Assembly: GCF_033153115.1 (NCBI RefSeq)
Contig: NW_026889778.1
Location: 39,804,001-39,868,000 of the forward strand
Length of the DNA stretch: 64,000 nt
Reading direction: 5' to 3'
Source: Saccostrea echinata
Taxonomy: Eukaryota
In this document: in pieces, positions 61,434 to 64,000 of the stretch
Numbering within the stretch: the stretch's first letter is position 1
Layout of the letters: every line of letters begins with the position of its first letter
Translations under genes and position numbers: made by a program
Notes under the pieces: model-generated
What the model saw: only the letters and a program-made list of their open reading frames with translations
Told to the model about the DNA's origin: nothing
The model's database searches: none

Positions 61434-62200
61434 TATGAGTTTTCAAAGTAAAAAAAGAGTTCAATACAGTCAATAGTGCAAGACTTGAAATTGTCCATGA
61501 TTCTGAAAAAATTAAGGTCTGTTAAATGAGGTCAAAGAGACATGGATTGGTGATGTTTTTCTCTGTATTTTTTTTTTCATATAGAAGTGGAGAAATGCAT
61601 AAAAAAGTATATAAAGAAAAGGGTTTTTAATGCAATTATATTAATTAAATTTTTGACAATAAAGAAACTGGGGGGATAAGCCGAGCCATATGCCTACATA
61701 ACGATCGATAAAAAATCAATAAATTCATTTCACAAAAATTTCACTTTTTGTTGAATTAATGTAATGCTTATTACCATTTGCATATAAATTTGACAAAACC
61801 TGAATACTGTAACAGCGAAAATGATTCTGATTAACACAACAAAATGGCATCACGCTCAATTTTCACAGAAACTGACATAAATTGGATTATATAACTACAT
61901 TTTTTAAATAGAGTGGGTCATCGTACCATTTTTTGAGAACGATTAATGAAAGGCAATGGAAAGATGTTGCTTTTTACACTTGCAAAAATTTGGTATGAAG
62001 ACCCACTCTACATAAAAAATTAAGTTAACTTACTTAAATTTTCACCGTGGTCTTAAGAAATTCTAAGTCCAAAAACGCTTGCTAAATATAGAGAACTGTA
62101 TGCTATTTAAATGGAAATGTTAGTGTGACTCCGTGGTCTAGTGGTTAGCGATGAGCTCTTTAAAGGGACATTTACCGAGAAAAGTGTTCGAGTCATGCTC

Positions 62201-62234
<34 letters not shown>

Positions 62235-62994
62235 GTTTTAATTTTGTTTTTCTTTATAAAAAATGTCTATAGGAATAACATATTTTTCACTGGAAATAAA
62301 ATGTATACATGTAGTAATGAACTTATTTACAGTAAATTATTTAAAATGCCGGATAAAAATTATAATAGATATTTGAATACTTTTATTCCCGTTTTATTTA
62401 TTTTAAATAAAAGCGCTTCTAGATCACCATTATCATTATATACGATGTTAACATTTTTATAATATCTCCACAATAAGTGTAAACACTCAATATGCAGATT
62501 AATTAATAGGAAGTCCTTACCCATGTTAGACATTTGAGACAGTAAATGAAAGTCAACTGTTTAGCTTGTTTAGAATATAAATATCATTTTGAAAACTACG
62601 GTAAACATTAAAATGCTTAAGTAAATTCGAACAATTGAGAGATTTTTTCCAATAAATGTTCTTGCATAGCCGAAAAATGGGCATGGGCACATGGCTCGTC
62701 TCATCCCCCCAGATTCTTTGAATTGATCATATTTGAATGTGGAAACATCATTTAACAACAAAAGAAATCTTAACAAAAGGAGAATGGAAATTTCTGGATC
62801 TTCTTTAAAACATAAAAATTAATTTTATAATCAGTTCTGTATGTTCAACCACAAAAACACCTGAGACCATCGACACTTAGGTGCGTCGTGCTGTTTCCAG
62901 TGTTCCGTCAATTTCCTCAAACGTAAACTATTTACATTACGGGATCTGTAGCGTTATGATCAAAGACTAAAATTTAAAACCATAACGCTAAGTT

Positions 62995-63230
62995 CAGTGG
63001 CCCTTTTCACAAAAAAACCTTACGACTAAGACAAAAATTTTCCTTTTCTCCAACAAGCGTCTACATGTAAGCTGTAGTAGATCACAAAGAATCTTTTATT
63101 CTAATACATAGGATTACATTGTAAATTATATCTGGGAAAATAATAAATATCTTTATTGAACAAAAAATTACATAGTGGTCAATTTTTTTTTATCTTAGTC
63201 GTAAAATTTTTTGTGAAAAAGAGACCACTG
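62995..63230. mobile_element. PIF/Harbinger-like MITE, same family as 59650-59875
   Basis: CAGTGGCCCTTTTCACAAAAAAACCTTACGACTAAGA ... TCTTAGTCGTAAAATTTTTTGTGAAAAAGAGACCACTG. Confidence 0.7.
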
Positions 63231-63356
63231 CAGCTTCGCATAAAATGTATTTCAATTTTCAAGTAAAAAACGATCGGGTTCGGGATTACTAAAATACAAA
63301 AAAAAAAAAAAAAAAATCCACATGTGTTGTGATAGATTGATCATTGGATCGAGAAT

Positions 63357-63722
63357 ATGGAAAGTAACGAATCAAACAAGAAACGTTTAGAAGTTGTGGA
63401 TTCATCTGGATCATTAGACGAAACATGTAAGACATTTGTTTTCCATAATGAGGACCACACATTGGGGAATTCATTGCGATACATGATAATGAAAAACCCC
63501 GAAGTTCAGTTCTGTGGCTACAGTGTGCCCCATCCTTCAGAAAACAAAATCAACTTTAGAATACAAACACACGGCGAGGAGGCGACAGAAGTATTGAAGA
63601 AAGGGCTCAAAGATCTTAACAGTGTCTGTGAACATGTACTGGAGACTTTTCAGAGTAGTGTTCGGGATTATAAGCGGCGGAATTTCTCATCGGATGTTGA
63701 AATGGCAGATGTACAAAGTTAA
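63357..63722 (+). CDS. POLR1D: DNA-directed RNA polymerases I and III subunit RPAC2 (AC19/RPA16), 121 aa, uninterrupted ORF
   Basis: RPB11/AC19-family signature [46 protein letters not shown]. The CGY and IMKNPEV residues fit AC19 rather than RPB11. Confidence 0.93.
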   Translation: MESNESNKKRLEVVDSSGSLDETCKTFVFHNEDHTLGNSLRYMIMKNPEVQFCGYSVPHPSENKINFRIQTHGEEATEVLKKGLKDLNSVCEHVLETFQSSVRDYKRRNFSSDVEMADVQS

Positions 63723-64000
63723 CTGGGAAATATTTTGAATTTCTGTTTGTTTTTCCGTGTTTAACATTTAAAAACATTGTAATCATTAATTCCATGAAGC
63801 TGTATTTATATTCACCCATAATCATTATTGCATCATATGAATTTTTGTAATAACACTCTATCAATGGTTATAATATCATTCAGGGATATATTAAACAAAG
63901 CTTTTTTAATTTTCTTTTATTGAAATTGTAGTTCAGAAAGAGCACTTAATCCAGTGAAAAACATGAGATCCCAAATGAATGTTTACACATACATACATGG

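Overview
AT-rich, intron-rich eukaryotic DNA. The repeat complement (HINE/Helentron-type elements, a Meta-domain tRNA SINE, abundant TACATGTA) and gene families point to a bivalve, most likely an oyster; this is inference. Genes were reconstructed by hand from splice sites. (1) A tandem array of four secreted, 4-exon, single-fibrinogen-domain (FReD) genes on + (3.2-26.3 kb). Copies 1 and 3 are intact; copies 2 and 4 carry frameshifts in exon 3. (2) A head-to-head pair of DD3-3-family genes whose ATGs are about 0.9 kb apart. One is a 14-exon, 762-aa type-I membrane protein on -; the other is a 12-exon, 668-aa secreted protein on +. They share only one intron position. (3) Two tandem, RING-less B-box/coiled-coil/NHL (TRIM-like) genes with single-exon CDSs. 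(4) An uninterrupted POLR1D/RPAC2 ORF. Introns and spacers are full of non-autonomous elements. These include a 2.64-kb CAC...GTG element with a 5-bp TSD (Transib/RAG-like signature) in FReD copy 2 and a tRNA-containing solo LTR. The best candidate for an undescribed system is the secreted + membrane-anchored DD3-3 pair. By eye its motifs resemble degenerate LPMO-like and cupredoxin-like folds, plus a ZU5-like stalk in the membrane form.
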